IMG/VR virus record: IMGVR_UViG_3300044846_002040
Span: 1 to 38,453 of that record
Reading direction: 5' to 3' (one strand)
Origin: a virus
Lineage: Duplodnaviria > Caudoviricetes
DNA length: 38,453 nt
A program made the translations under genes and the position numbers. This document shows, one piece after another, positions 8,143-18,593 of this stretch. The notes beneath the pieces were generated by a model. It saw only the letters and a program-made list of their open reading frames with translations. It ran no database searches and had not been told where the DNA came from. Every line of letters starts with the position of its first letter. Positions within the stretch are counted from its first letter, which is position 1.

Positions 8143-11100
8143 TTAGAGTGCTGAAGCGGTATTTATTGACCAACTGACATCTTGATATATTTTCATTTTA
8201 TCTGAGTCTAGGCTTAAGCCATTGTTATCGTCAAATATGATTTTATTTGTTCCAAGATAGGTTTTATACACTTCTGATGGGTTTACACCATATAAGTCTG
8301 TTGATCCTATTACTAATACCCTGTTCCATGTAAAGTCATTATTAAAGTAGTAGTCCCACGTAAAATTTGTTATACCGTCTGTTTTAGCCTTTATCCAAGG
8401 TCTTGTTATTGTTTTTTGAACTTGTTGTAAATTGTTTGCTTGATAGTAAGAAACATTATTAAATAATACTGGACCATTAATATTTATTGATCCTAAGAAT
8501 TCGTCAAAGTTAAGGGCAGAGGCAAAAGATATACCTAAAACGCCCCATTCCTTGGATGTTAGAACTGGCTCTCTAACTATAGAACCGTTCCAATAATAAA
8601 CTATATTATCAACCACCTGATTATTTAAAAGGCTTTTTGCAAAAATTCTTGCCCTTAAACCAGTGTCGCTATCTGCTACTATATAAAATTTTATTGTATC
8701 TTCTTTATAAATAATTTCAAATAGTTCTGTAGGAACTGGAGGAAATTCTGTTTCAGAGTATCGAAGCCACATCTGAATAGCACTTATTAAATATTCTGAG
8801 GACAGGGTTTGATTTATAGGTAAAGAAATTCCACGGCTCTCCAAGGATAGTACCTCTCCACGTACCTGAATTCCAGAATCTTTTGTTAAATATAGATATG
8901 GAGTGCTTCCTTTATAAATTGTAAATGGATTTTTAGACTTATAGTCAAAGTAAATTCCTGAACGTTTATATGGAAATAAATCAATACCAAACCTAGTGCC
9001 AACAGGGTTAAATGAGTTATCATTAAACGCTTGAGAAGCAATCTCTAACTTGCTTAATAAAACTGGCTTATTTAATATTCCACGAACATTAAACTCTAAA
9101 TGATAAACAATTGCCAACTCATTAAAATCTACCGTCTTTGTTGGATAGATAAGTGCATTATTAACAACCTCAAATTTTGTAGTTTCCCAATCTGGATACT
9201 CATCAATGTCTATAATTGAATCACGGTAGACTGGTTCAATTGTTGTAAAGTTACTATCAAGTAGATTTGCCCCATCTTGCACATATTGCAAAGTTACATA
9301 ACTTTTAATTACAGAGTTGGTGGTGTCGTAGGTGTATGTTTTTGTAGACCTTTGCTCTACATCTTCATAGTTATTCCAACCAGTTAATAACTGATTATCA
9401 AAATCATAGTATGTTCTTTGAACTGGTTGAAAATAATTTTGATATAAATCTTCATAGGTCCATGAAGAAATTACTTCTTCTTCCGCTAAAGTTGTGGGGG
9501 ATGGAGCGCTAAGGTTAAATTGTAAAAAGTCTAAATCATAAAATTGATTGCCAGCATCGTTAGTTACGTATTGACCAAAATAAGATAGTGGAAGATAGTC
9601 TTGCCAGGATCCAGAAACACCAATATCTAAAAAGTAAGCCCCGTAGGACTCTAATGGCAAAAGGGTGTAACTTGCTAAATGTTCAACTAAAGCAATTGCA
9701 TTTTCTTCTTCTGTTACTCCGCTAATTGATAAGTCGTCAAATGTTGCAATACCGTCGCTATTAAAATAATCAGATATCGACAATGAATTTTTTAATGTTG
9801 AAAAACCAACAGAATATATTCTTCCTAAAAATGTTCCAGACAGAGAACCATCTCCACCAACATATAATTTTAAAGAATTTCTATTTCCAAAAAATGTAGC
9901 AAGGTTTCCTCCGTACGTGTCTACTAAAGAACTTATATTAATACCTACGGAAAAAAGTTGATGCTCCTCAATTGTTTCTGAAGTATATACGGTCTCATTT
10001 ACTCCATTATAATTTAAAATGTAAGAAACTACGTCTTCGTCTTGTTGGATTACAAAATAGTTGCTATTAATTGAATTATATACTTTAAATAGTGTTTGAG
10101 TTGAATCAAGATTATGATTGCTAAACACTCCATAAAAAGTAGCAATCTGAGTATTTAAAATATTAAAACTTGTAAAATTAAAATAACATGCTTTTGCATT
10201 CCAAGAATTATTTGGTCGAAAAGTTATAAAGGTTTCATCATCAATTGGCCCAGAAACGCTATTTTGAATTGACTTATTGTCTTGATATAATTCTGTTAAA
10301 GTTTTGTCTGATAGATATATTTCTGGTAAAACATATTCTGGTGTTCTTAATACTTTAGAGGTTGTTGCTAGATTGTCAAAAGATCCTTGTTGCCATTCAG
10401 CAAAGTCTGGGTAAGAGTAGTTGGCGGTATAGTCTGCAAAAGAATAATCAATAAACGCTGCAGTGCCTCCATATGCTGAGTTTATGCCTTCTGGAGATAT
10501 TACGCCTTGACCATAGACCCACCTTCTTTTTGCAACATTTATAGGAACCTGATACGAATATATAGCGACACAGTCAACATCTATTGGATTAATATCTGAA
10601 TAAGAATAAAACCCTAGCCAATCTTGACTTTTGTCTGACTCATCATACTCTTCTGGTAAAACTAAATTATCTGTTTCTATAGTTAAAGAAGCAACTTCTT
10701 CTCCATTAAGAACCAAGGTAGTAGCATTTCTAATTAATCTTATTTGAATAAGCATTGGTCTGAACCATTCACCAACATAGTGAGAAACAAAGTCATTACC
10801 AATTACCAAAGTTAAAAATCCATTGTCTGCATATAGGCCGTCATTTGATGCTATTGGGCCAAAGATTTTTTTAGATGTTACGGAGTCGGAATTTATTCTT
10901 AACCAAAACTCAACAGTATATTCTTTATGTTGACCGACTTTGTTTAAAAACCCTTTACCTGGAATAATTAAAGAAGGCTCTCCATTTGGATTTGGACTAA
11001 GTGTTGTAACATTTGATGCTCCGTATACAAGAGGGATGCTAGTATTTTTTGCAAGCAATCTTTTGTCTGCAACAACACAATAAGCAGCGTCTCCAGACAA

Positions 11101-11781
11101 TCCGTATGCTGGAGAAGACACAACCTGTGTTGAGTCTAATGCAATTGTTGCTGGCATTGATATTGGTGTAAGGCCAAGGGATGAATGATTAAACTCTTCA
11201 GACCATTGACCAACTGTGACTCCATTTATATAATATAAATAATCTGTTGAAACTGATCCGCCAACAGTAGATGTAATTTTTATAACTGATCTTAGCCCTG
11301 TATTTTCGTTAACAATTTCAGATGTTTGAGAAACAAAAATCCACTTACTTGTAGATGTTATTGGGTATGTTTTTAATTTTTGAACTATAGATGCAGTTGT
11401 TGTGTCTGTATATTCAAATCCAATGGAAATAGAGTCTATATATTGGCTATCAATATATACGTGGGCGCCTATGCAAAAAGTACCCATACTATTATTTAAA
11501 TCTGAAAAATTTATCAAATCTGGACTAATACAAACAATATCCCCTGTGCCAGAAGGTGGGACGCTACCTAATAATTTATTTACTTCTACTGTAGGAAATG
11601 GAGCGTTAACATCTGATAACTCTATAGAAGGAGTTCCACCAGTTACCGTCCAAGAATCCTCTATGTCTTGATAATCTGAATCTATTAAATTAATATAGTC
11701 AATTGCGCCATCTAGTGCCCATAGTGCTAATGGGTGTTCTGCAAATATTTTTTCTGCATACAAATTTGATGGGGTAGACAT
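8143..11781 (-). CDS. Large virion/tail-associated protein with LamG/ConA-like beta-sandwich domains
   Basis: 1212 aa; 'HPLALWALD' start, 'YTVEFWLR', beta-rich aromatic composition; SD AGGAG; promoter TGCTATAAT 11799-11807. Confidence 0.6.
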   Translation of the reverse strand: MSTPSNLYAEKIFAEHPLALWALDGAIDYINLIDSDYQDIEDSWTVTGGTPSIELSDVNAPFPTVEVNKLLGSVPPSGTGDIVCISPDLINFSDLNNSMGTFCIGAHVYIDSQYIDSISIGFEYTDTTTASIVQKLKTYPITSTSKWIFVSQTSEIVNENTGLRSVIKITSTVGGSVSTDYLYYINGVTVGQWSEEFNHSSLGLTPISMPATIALDSTQVVSSPAYGLSGDAAYCVVADKRLLAKNTSIPLVYGASNVTTLSPNPNGEPSLIIPGKGFLNKVGQHKEYTVEFWLRINSDSVTSKKIFGPIASNDGLYADNGFLTLVIGNDFVSHYVGEWFRPMLIQIRLIRNATTLVLNGEEVASLTIETDNLVLPEEYDESDKSQDWLGFYSYSDINPIDVDCVAIYSYQVPINVAKRRWVYGQGVISPEGINSAYGGTAAFIDYSFADYTANYSYPDFAEWQQGSFDNLATTSKVLRTPEYVLPEIYLSDKTLTELYQDNKSIQNSVSGPIDDETFITFRPNNSWNAKACYFNFTSFNILNTQIATFYGVFSNHNLDSTQTLFKVYNSINSNYFVIQQDEDVVSYILNYNGVNETVYTSETIEEHQLFSVGINISSLVDTYGGNLATFFGNRNSLKLYVGGDGSLSGTFLGRIYSVGFSTLKNSLSISDYFNSDGIATFDDLSISGVTEEENAIALVEHLASYTLLPLESYGAYFLDIGVSGSWQDYLPLSYFGQYVTNDAGNQFYDLDFLQFNLSAPSPTTLAEEEVISSWTYEDLYQNYFQPVQRTYYDFDNQLLTGWNNYEDVEQRSTKTYTYDTTNSVIKSYVTLQYVQDGANLLDSNFTTIEPVYRDSIIDIDEYPDWETTKFEVVNNALIYPTKTVDFNELAIVYHLEFNVRGILNKPVLLSKLEIASQAFNDNSFNPVGTRFGIDLFPYKRSGIYFDYKSKNPFTIYKGSTPYLYLTKDSGIQVRGEVLSLESRGISLPINQTLSSEYLISAIQMWLRYSETEFPPVPTELFEIIYKEDTIKFYIVADSDTGLRARIFAKSLLNNQVVDNIVYYWNGSIVREPVLTSKEWGVLGISFASALNFDEFLGSININGPVLFNNVSYYQANNLQQVQKTITRPWIKAKTDGITNFTWDYYFNNDFTWNRVLVIGSTDLYGVNPSEVYKTYLGTNKIIFDDNNGLSLDSDKMKIYQDVSWSINTASAL

Positions 11782-11816
11782 ATTTCTCCTATCCCCTTAT
11801 TATAGCAGGATGAGAA

Positions 11817-13847
11817 CTAATATAACTTAATCTCGCATGCGTCTGTTGAACAGTATTTCTCAGACTCAGCATCAAGATTGTCCTTGCCATCATAAATAGC
11901 AGACCAATCAATTTTGCCAATTGTTCCAACATAGGCATTATATTCTTCTTTTGTTATTTGAGTATATGGCTGTTGAGGATATGTCTTGTTGCCCATTGGT
12001 AAAAATGATACTGCTTTTAATTGACCCTCATACATATGGAGTGCTGGAGCAATATGTTTAGACTCTAATTCTTTATCAAATGAAAGAGTTACAGATACGC
12101 CATTGTCAGACCAATACTTTTGAGCAGTTGCTGCCAAACCAATCTTTTCAAAAAGACTTACATCTTTTTCAGATCTTGGATGTCCAGATGCTACTGGGAA
12201 ATATACCACTGAAGTGTTTGCAGATACTAGGTCTGCTTCAATTTTATACCCTGCCGCTTTAAATAAATGAAGCATTGGGTCTGTATTACCAAACCTAATA
12301 GCACGAAGATAAAATGCTCCTCCAGGACCCCAATGAACTCCAGGAGTTGCACCAGAAAGTAATGATACAGAGCCAGAAGGTTTAACGGTAGTTACACGAA
12401 TTGATTCACGTACACATAACCATTCTGAATATGAGTGATCGTATGCACGAATCTTTTTATACCCTTCGTCCATCCACTCACGAATTACTGGCATACCTTT
12501 TGTGTCTGCAAATGAAGCAATACCAGTTAGAGATGTTCCGATACGACGATTACGTTGCATAATTCCGTTTGTAGTTTGCCAATGTGTTGGCATTAACGTA
12601 ACAGTCTTGCCATATAAATATGCAAACTTTAATGTACGAAGAAAATCTTCTTTATCTTCATGACGGTTTAAATGAACTTCTACAAGAGTGCATAACTCGT
12701 AAGACTCTAGTGGTTGCTCAGCACATGGATTAAATCCCATAACTCTAGAATCTTTATAATCTGGAGCATCTGCTAGTCTTCCATAATCCCTAGCAACATC
12801 TAGCCAAATAAATCCTGGCTCACCATTATCTGCAATTAAATCAACATAGTTTTCATATTTTGTTCCAACCTCTGCAGCAATAGAATTATTAGACATCCAT
12901 GCCCATCCTGGATTTTTTGAATCAAATGAGTTTCTATCTGGAAAAACCTCTGCATTTTTTAAATTAATAAAATCCTTATCTTCTGGTAATCCTAAAGCCA
13001 AGGTAGCAGAACGACGAACATTTCCAGACACAACACATGTACCAATAAGATTAATAATATCTACAATTGCTCTGGAATCAAGTTTTTCTTCTACTCTACC
13101 ACCAATTACTGCGTCTATCTTGTTATGTAGTGCAATAAGTGGTGCTGGACCGCTAGCAACCCCTCCAAAGCCTTTTATGGGGGCACCTAGAGGACGGATA
13201 AGGTCATAGTTAAACTTCTGTATAGCCTGATTAGGTCGCAGGTATGAGTTTAAAAGCATTCTTACAGAATCTACCCATCCTTCACGAGTATCTGGAATAT
13301 CCCATATATTTTGTGGTTCTGTTGGAGCATAAATAGGCATTTCTTTGTCTTGACCAATAGTGTCAAACCCTACACCTATACCTAACATTAAAGCATCCAT
13401 TACCCAAGCAAACAAGGCTCCTGGATCATTACGATCAATATCACGAGTAGATACCATTGCACAATTTTGAAGGGAAGCAGAATTACGTTTTTCCATAGTC
13501 ATGGGGGTTCCAAATGCCCACAAACCACGACCTGGTGGTGTCCATTTTAATTCAAACATTCTTTGAAATGCTTCTTGGGCAGATTTTTGTGCTTTGTTGT
13601 CATTCCAGGGTAGGCGATTATCTTTAGCATGGTTTTTTTGTACTGAGTACATTCCTTCAATTACCCGCTTACAAACCTCATGCCATCTTTCTTTTGTTCC
13701 ATCTTCTTTCATACGGGAGTATGTTCGTATAAAGGTGATCTCCCCCAGTGAGTTAGAGCCTGCGTCTGTAAATCCAAAAGGTGCTGGCACTGTAGAGTAT
13801 TTGTTTACAAACTCATCTGACAAACGAAAAGAAAAGATATCCAACAT
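11817..13847 (-). CDS. nrdJ: Class II (adenosylcobalamin-dependent) ribonucleoside-triphosphate reductase
   Basis: NPCAEQPL catalytic loop, LQNC, GNVRRSA, TTVKPSG, C-terminal CSTDAC redox pair; no intein; ATG 13847 likely start. Confidence 0.93.
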   Translation of the reverse strand: MLDIFSFRLSDEFVNKYSTVPAPFGFTDAGSNSLGEITFIRTYSRMKEDGTKERWHEVCKRVIEGMYSVQKNHAKDNRLPWNDNKAQKSAQEAFQRMFELKWTPPGRGLWAFGTPMTMEKRNSASLQNCAMVSTRDIDRNDPGALFAWVMDALMLGIGVGFDTIGQDKEMPIYAPTEPQNIWDIPDTREGWVDSVRMLLNSYLRPNQAIQKFNYDLIRPLGAPIKGFGGVASGPAPLIALHNKIDAVIGGRVEEKLDSRAIVDIINLIGTCVVSGNVRRSATLALGLPEDKDFINLKNAEVFPDRNSFDSKNPGWAWMSNNSIAAEVGTKYENYVDLIADNGEPGFIWLDVARDYGRLADAPDYKDSRVMGFNPCAEQPLESYELCTLVEVHLNRHEDKEDFLRTLKFAYLYGKTVTLMPTHWQTTNGIMQRNRRIGTSLTGIASFADTKGMPVIREWMDEGYKKIRAYDHSYSEWLCVRESIRVTTVKPSGSVSLLSGATPGVHWGPGGAFYLRAIRFGNTDPMLHLFKAAGYKIEADLVSANTSVVYFPVASGHPRSEKDVSLFEKIGLAATAQKYWSDNGVSVTLSFDKELESKHIAPALHMYEGQLKAVSFLPMGNKTYPQQPYTQITKEEYNAYVGTIGKIDWSAIYDGKDNLDAESEKYCSTDACEIKLY

Positions 13848-13909
13848 TGATTTTTCCAACTTTCTATTAAAAAATTTTATTAGCGCTTTACTAATCGTAA
13901 AGTAATCCT

Positions 13910-13918
13910 AGTATATCA
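13910..13918 (-). promoter_or_regulatory. Extended -10 promoter (TGATATACT) for nrdJ
   Basis: TGnTATACT in AT-rich intergenic region. Confidence 0.5.
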
Positions 13919-14009
13919 CAACATTAAAACAAAAATTTACACGTAAACAATAAAGTAAATGTTTACTTTAGGGTTAAGTACTTATATAAAGTAAAAGTTG
14001 TACTCATTA

Positions 14010-14675
14010 TCAAAACTTACGACTATTTATATTACACATCTCTATTTGATTTATATTTACATGTTTTGGCAGAGATCCAACCCAATAAATTGCGTTTGCT
14101 AAATCTTCTGCAGATAGGGCGTCATCTCTTTTTTGTTCTTGAGTATCGATTGTAGCAGGACAGATTTCAGTTATTTTTATATTATATTCAGGAAATTCTA
14201 ACCTCATCGTGTCCACCAAACCTCTTTGCCCACGTTTAGCATTGGTGTAGTTTCCCCCTCCCCAATAAGGAATCTTTCCACCAAAAGACGTTACAAACAC
14301 AATAGTTGCAGACTCTGACCTTTTTAAACATGGCACAAATAATTGAGATAAATACATTGGCCCTGTTACATTAACATCATATGCCCGTTTAAAATTTTCT
14401 GGAGTTTCATTAATTATTTTTGTAGGACTGACCCCACCTCCAGCATTATTTACTAAAAGATCAATAGTTATATCTTTGTAAGTTTCAAAAAACTTTTCTA
14501 TTTCTGGAAAATCTGTTATATCTAATTTATAAGTTTCAACATTTTCTGAAATTAATTCTGAAATTTTTGATAAGTTTCTGGATACTGCTATAACTTTATA
14601 TCCATTTTCAGATAAAAGTTTTACAGTTGCATATCCAACACCCTTGCTAGCACCAGTTACTATTGCCGTTTTCAC
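14010..14675 (-). CDS. Short-chain dehydrogenase/reductase (YdfG-like)
   Basis: TGASKGVG, NNAG, YTNAK (YxxxK), C-terminal 'EDLANAIYWVGSLPKHVNIN' typical of YdfG clade. Confidence 0.88.
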   Translation of the reverse strand: MKTAIVTGASKGVGYATVKLLSENGYKVIAVSRNLSKISELISENVETYKLDITDFPEIEKFFETYKDITIDLLVNNAGGGVSPTKIINETPENFKRAYDVNVTGPMYLSQLFVPCLKRSESATIVFVTSFGGKIPYWGGGNYTNAKRGQRGLVDTMRLEFPEYNIKITEICPATIDTQEQKRDDALSAEDLANAIYWVGSLPKHVNINQIEMCNINSRKF

Positions 14676-14685
14676 CTATACTGAC

Positions 14686-15303
14686 CTAGTGAATCCAGTG
14701 TTGAGGAACCATTATCTTTTCGCCACTTTTAACTAAGTGTGCTGTATGGTGATACGGTGGTGAAGGAGGAAAAACAATAATACTTCCTGCCTTTGGCTTT
14801 ACATAAAAACTATAATTTCCATTATTTTTTGCTTCTTCAAAATCTGACTCTGGGCTAGGCTGAGTCAATACTCCTTCTGGAGAGGCAATTGTAAAAGAAA
14901 TTTCTCCACCCTCATAATCATCATTTAAGTACATAACAAAAGAAACTTTAAGTCTTTCGTCACCCTCTTGTTGGTCAAAGTGAGCCCCCATGTATGTTCC
15001 AGGCATATATTTTTTAATTGGATACTGAGGGAATAATTTTGGCTCATCTGTAATTCCTTGTGCTTTGGCATAGTCTCTTGCTACATCATCAAATGCTTTT
15101 TGTAATGTTTTATATATATAATCATTTTCTAATGACTCGACAATATTTTTATCTGTTCCATACACATATTCCTGTCCACTACAAGCCATCCACTCACCCC
15201 AAGGATTCTTGTTATCATTTTCAATTGCTTCAACAAGTTTTTTAGGATCTTCTATTACATTTGTGTAATAATAGACTTTTTCTTCAAGTATTTCTTTATC
15301 CAT
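14686..15303 (-). CDS. 2OG-Fe(II) oxygenase, prolyl-4-hydroxylase-like
   Basis: HFD...YLNDDYEGGE...PKAG...H; Lys at 2OG-binding position. Confidence 0.85.
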   Translation of the reverse strand: MDKEILEEKVYYYTNVIEDPKKLVEAIENDNKNPWGEWMACSGQEYVYGTDKNIVESLENDYIYKTLQKAFDDVARDYAKAQGITDEPKLFPQYPIKKYMPGTYMGAHFDQQEGDERLKVSFVMYLNDDYEGGEISFTIASPEGVLTQPSPESDFEEAKNNGNYSFYVKPKAGSIIVFPPSPPYHHTAHLVKSGEKIMVPQHWIH

Positions 15304-15314
15304 GGCATTCTCCT

Positions 15315-15974
15315 TTAGTATTTATTTTTAACATAGTGGTCTACTTCTTTTATAAAGCCAACCAAAACATATCTTATTGGTCCCTCACCAACATGTCTTA
15401 CTCCATGCTCATATTTTTCATTTCCTGGAAAAATTAAAAGTTCTCCTGGTTTTGGCCTTAATTCTAAATTAAGATTTTCAAAAAACAGTTCTCCCTTATT
15501 GTAATCATCATTAAGATATAGTATTGTAGCGTATTTAATTGATGGATCAGTATGTTGGTCTGTATGGTGTTTTAGTTCAATTCCAGGCTGCATTCTTTGA
15601 ATAGTAGCAAAACCGCTTAAATGTGTACTTGGGTCTGATTCTACAACCATGTCATTAAGTCTTTTATAAAAAGGCTTATACTCTTTATAATGTGAAATGT
15701 TTAAATTTTTATCAGCCCAGTTTTGAGTAATTTCAAATTTGCCTTCAGCAACAAGATTTTCAACATCATCTCTACCAAATTTTTCCATACAAAATCTTGG
15801 TAAATTTGATAGATATTCCACTTCCCAATCTGCTTGAGATGCTTCATTAATTTTACTCCATATAAAATCTACTTCTTCTTTTAATGGATAGTTTTTAACT
15901 AATAATAACTCTTCTGTTATTTCTTCAAATTCATAATTATTTTTTGCTAATTGTTGCTTAAGGTTATTAATCAT
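15315..15974 (-). CDS. 2OG-Fe(II) oxygenase, prolyl-4-hydroxylase-like
   Basis: HTD...YLNDDYNKGE...PKPG...HGV...R; start ATG 15974 with SD AGGAGA. Confidence 0.85.
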   Translation of the reverse strand: MINNLKQQLAKNNYEFEEITEELLLVKNYPLKEEVDFIWSKINEASQADWEVEYLSNLPRFCMEKFGRDDVENLVAEGKFEITQNWADKNLNISHYKEYKPFYKRLNDMVVESDPSTHLSGFATIQRMQPGIELKHHTDQHTDPSIKYATILYLNDDYNKGELFFENLNLELRPKPGELLIFPGNEKYEHGVRHVGEGPIRYVLVGFIKEVDHYVKNKY

Positions 15975-15975
15975 C

Positions 15976-16722
15976 CTATATCTCCTCTGGTTTATACTTA
16001 TTTCCATACACGTCTATTTTCCACCCTTGCTTAAGCAATTCTTGCCACTCTGCTCTTTCAATTTCTTGTTTTGCTCTGGTTTCTTTCATTTCTGCTGCCC
16101 AGGCATCTCTTAGTTCTTGTGGATATGCATCTTCTTCACGGTCATCCCAAAAAGAACCTATGGTATATCTAACACCATTAGTAATAAGTGTCACTTCATG
16201 CATATTATTAAATCCACCATCAAATGCGGCAAGCGTTCCAACTCTAGGTTGAATATTTAAATCTTGATTTGGAAATTGTAAAAGGCCTCCATCAAAATTA
16301 TCATTTAAATATAAAAATGCTGCATACCTACTTCTAGTAAACGCTCCAGAATTTCCATGTTCATCTGTATTATCAGAATGAATTCTAGCGTAAGCCCCTG
16401 GCTCCCATTTTTGTGTATGATATCCAATTTGACAAATTATTTTTGGATCAAGATCATGAACACTTGCAACTGCATTTATAATTCCTTGTTTAATTTCTGA
16501 AAAAATATTAGGACTAAGACCTTCATTAATAACATCTTCATCATTATCTTTTGGCAATACAGATGAGTAAGATTCATAAAAAGATATAGGCATCCAAGTA
16601 ATTTTACCAGCATCTGCATGTTTGTCTAAAACTTTTATTAATTTTGCACAAGTATCTTCATCTATAAAATTTTCATAAATTACAATATCTTTGGTTAATC
16701 TTTTTTTATTATTTAAATTCAT
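15976..16722 (-). CDS. 2OG-Fe(II) oxygenase, prolyl-4-hydroxylase-like
   Basis: HSD...YLNDNFDGG...HEV...RYT; ATGA overlap with upstream gene. Confidence 0.85.
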   Translation of the reverse strand: MNLNNKKRLTKDIVIYENFIDEDTCAKLIKVLDKHADAGKITWMPISFYESYSSVLPKDNDEDVINEGLSPNIFSEIKQGIINAVASVHDLDPKIICQIGYHTQKWEPGAYARIHSDNTDEHGNSGAFTRSRYAAFLYLNDNFDGGLLQFPNQDLNIQPRVGTLAAFDGGFNNMHEVTLITNGVRYTIGSFWDDREEDAYPQELRDAWAAEMKETRAKQEIERAEWQELLKQGWKIDVYGNKYKPEEI

Positions 16723-17393
16723 GGTTTTCTATCTCCAGTATGTTCTATAATTTCCCAAAAAAATGGACAGGTGTATCGAATACCACTCTTAATCTCTGTT
16801 ACTCCGTGAACATAATTCATATCCCCTGGGAAAAAATATGCTGCACCCTTTTTTGGTTTAAACTGAACACCTTGCAATGGGAAGTATAACTCTCCACCCT
16901 CATAGTCTTCGTTTAAATAAAATAGGCTTGAAAGATCATAGTTTGGAAAATCATTAGGAAGTCCAGCATCTGGACCTTCATGTAATTCTTTATCTGCATG
17001 AGGATTTTGAAATTGTCCTGGAAGCCATCTAACAATAGTTGTGCCAGTAGGAATAACTTTTACCTTATAAAACTCTTCAACAATTGGTTGTAATCTTTGA
17101 AACAATCCAGCAATAACTGGTGCAATTTTAGGATCATTTTTATCTAATGTTGGAGAGGTTGCAACCCTATCTTTCCAATAATCAGAATCGTATACAACTG
17201 TGCCATTTTCATTAACATGTGTTTCTGTTACATCCCATATAGTTATAGACTTAGCAGCCTTTTCTAAGAAATCTATTTCTTCTTGAGTCATAAAGTTTTC
17301 TAACTCAACAATCATTTCTTTACTATTTCCAAACCACCCAGAAGGTGTCATTGAAGGTTTTCTAACTACTACCGATGCCTGCGTTTTGTCCAT
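16719..17393 (-). CDS. 2OG-Fe(II) oxygenase, prolyl-4-hydroxylase-like (leaderless)
   Basis: HAD...YLNEDYEGGE...PKKG...HGV...RYT; TGATATAAT 17400-17408 ends 6 nt before ATG. Confidence 0.87.
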   Translation of the reverse strand: MDKTQASVVVRKPSMTPSGWFGNSKEMIVELENFMTQEEIDFLEKAAKSITIWDVTETHVNENGTVVYDSDYWKDRVATSPTLDKNDPKIAPVIAGLFQRLQPIVEEFYKVKVIPTGTTIVRWLPGQFQNPHADKELHEGPDAGLPNDFPNYDLSSLFYLNEDYEGGELYFPLQGVQFKPKKGAAYFFPGDMNYVHGVTEIKSGIRYTCPFFWEIIEHTGDRKP

Positions 17394-17424
17394 AATTTTA
17401 TTATATCATAGGGTTTTATATCCC

Positions 17425-17880
17425 CTATAACTCCATCTGTATTTCTAATTGCTTTAAAAATCTATTTGGGTCAAATCTCCAATTATCCTTAGCAAATGAG
17501 GTTACAATTTTAACACATAACTCCTCATAATCTTTTTTATCTAACTTATCTTTAACTGAATGCAACGCCTCGACAGTATCTATATAGTTTTGCCTAACAA
17601 AAGATGGATCTCCAGCATGGTTTCTTCTTAAAATTTTAGTATCAACTTTCCCGTTTGGATAATATAAAGATATTTTTTGATGTTGTTTTGCAAATCCTGC
17701 ATCTTGATACATTTCATATCCCTCTATAGCCTCTTCTAAACTGTAAAAAGATACAATAGACCTTATTGTTTCTTCTTCATCTCTACATACTGTCAATAAA
17801 TAATGATATACTTTTTCATTTTTAATTTTGTTAAGATATTCATTAAGAATATACGTATTTGATGTATTTAATTGACTCAT
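17425..17880 (-). CDS. Hypothetical protein in oxygenase cluster
   Basis: 151 aa; ATGA-coupled to upstream gene; no motif recognised. Confidence 0.7.
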   Translation of the reverse strand: MSQLNTSNTYILNEYLNKIKNEKVYHYLLTVCRDEEETIRSIVSFYSLEEAIEGYEMYQDAGFAKQHQKISLYYPNGKVDTKILRRNHAGDPSFVRQNYIDTVEALHSVKDKLDKKDYEELCVKIVTSFAKDNWRFDPNRFLKQLEIQMEL

Positions 17881-18593
17881 AATGTTGTGTTTGGTAATTT
17901 ATCTTTTACATAAAGTTTTAAAACTTTAACCTCATGATTACCTAAAGACTCTCCCTTTTCATTTATAGCATCCCTATACCAATCAGTCCAACCTCCAGTA
18001 GAATTTATTTTTTGTGCTGCCTCGCCATATGAAATATTTGCATTTGTTCTTAATCTTTCTTCGTCTTTCCATTCTAACATTTCAATTGTAGTATTATTTA
18101 AATTTGTTAAAGATATTGGAATTATAGTTGCTAATGGAGTTCCTGCTTTTATAATTACTCTTTCATTTGCCTTTTTTACTTTAATTGCTAAGGGCAATGG
18201 ATTATCATAAAAAGAAGTACTAATTATATTTGACATTGTTTCAAAATATTCATTAAAATAATTAACTGGATTTATTGTTAAAATACTTATATCGTTATCT
18301 GTTTTAAAAATTAAACTAGTATTGAAACTTATTGATGATTGTCCTCTTCCGCCATAAGCCCCCGAAGGACTAAATATTTCAACATGTTCGCTAGTTTGAT
18401 CATTAATCCCATCCCAAATAAAATCAATATCTTCCAAACAAGAAAGGCTCCAGCCAACAACATTGGCCTGAGTTACTGGGAAACACCTGTATGCATGTTT
18501 TTCTGATGTATTATCCATCCAATCTCTTTTAATTGACATTGGAGTAATAACAAAATTACACCCAGGCATTTTTTCAACTGATATATTTAACAC
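17877..18593 (-). CDS. DUF6065-like protein
   Basis: 'RDWMD...AYRCFPVTQANVVGW' and 'AGTPLATIIPI' motifs. Confidence 0.6.
   Translation of the reverse strand: MLNISVEKMPGCNFVITPMSIKRDWMDNTSEKHAYRCFPVTQANVVGWSLSCLEDIDFIWDGINDQTSEHVEIFSPSGAYGGRGQSSISFNTSLIFKTDNDISILTINPVNYFNEYFETMSNIISTSFYDNPLPLAIKVKKANERVIIKAGTPLATIIPISLTNLNNTTIEMLEWKDEERLRTNANISYGEAAQKINSTGGWTDWYRDAINEKGESLGNHEVKVLKLYVKDKLPNTTL

Noticed and set aside
11817-14009. Intein or intron in nrdJ; cobalamin riboswitch or NrdR boxes upstream
   Set aside because: The ORF is continuous and of normal length; the upstream gap is short, AT-rich and lacks the consensus elements.
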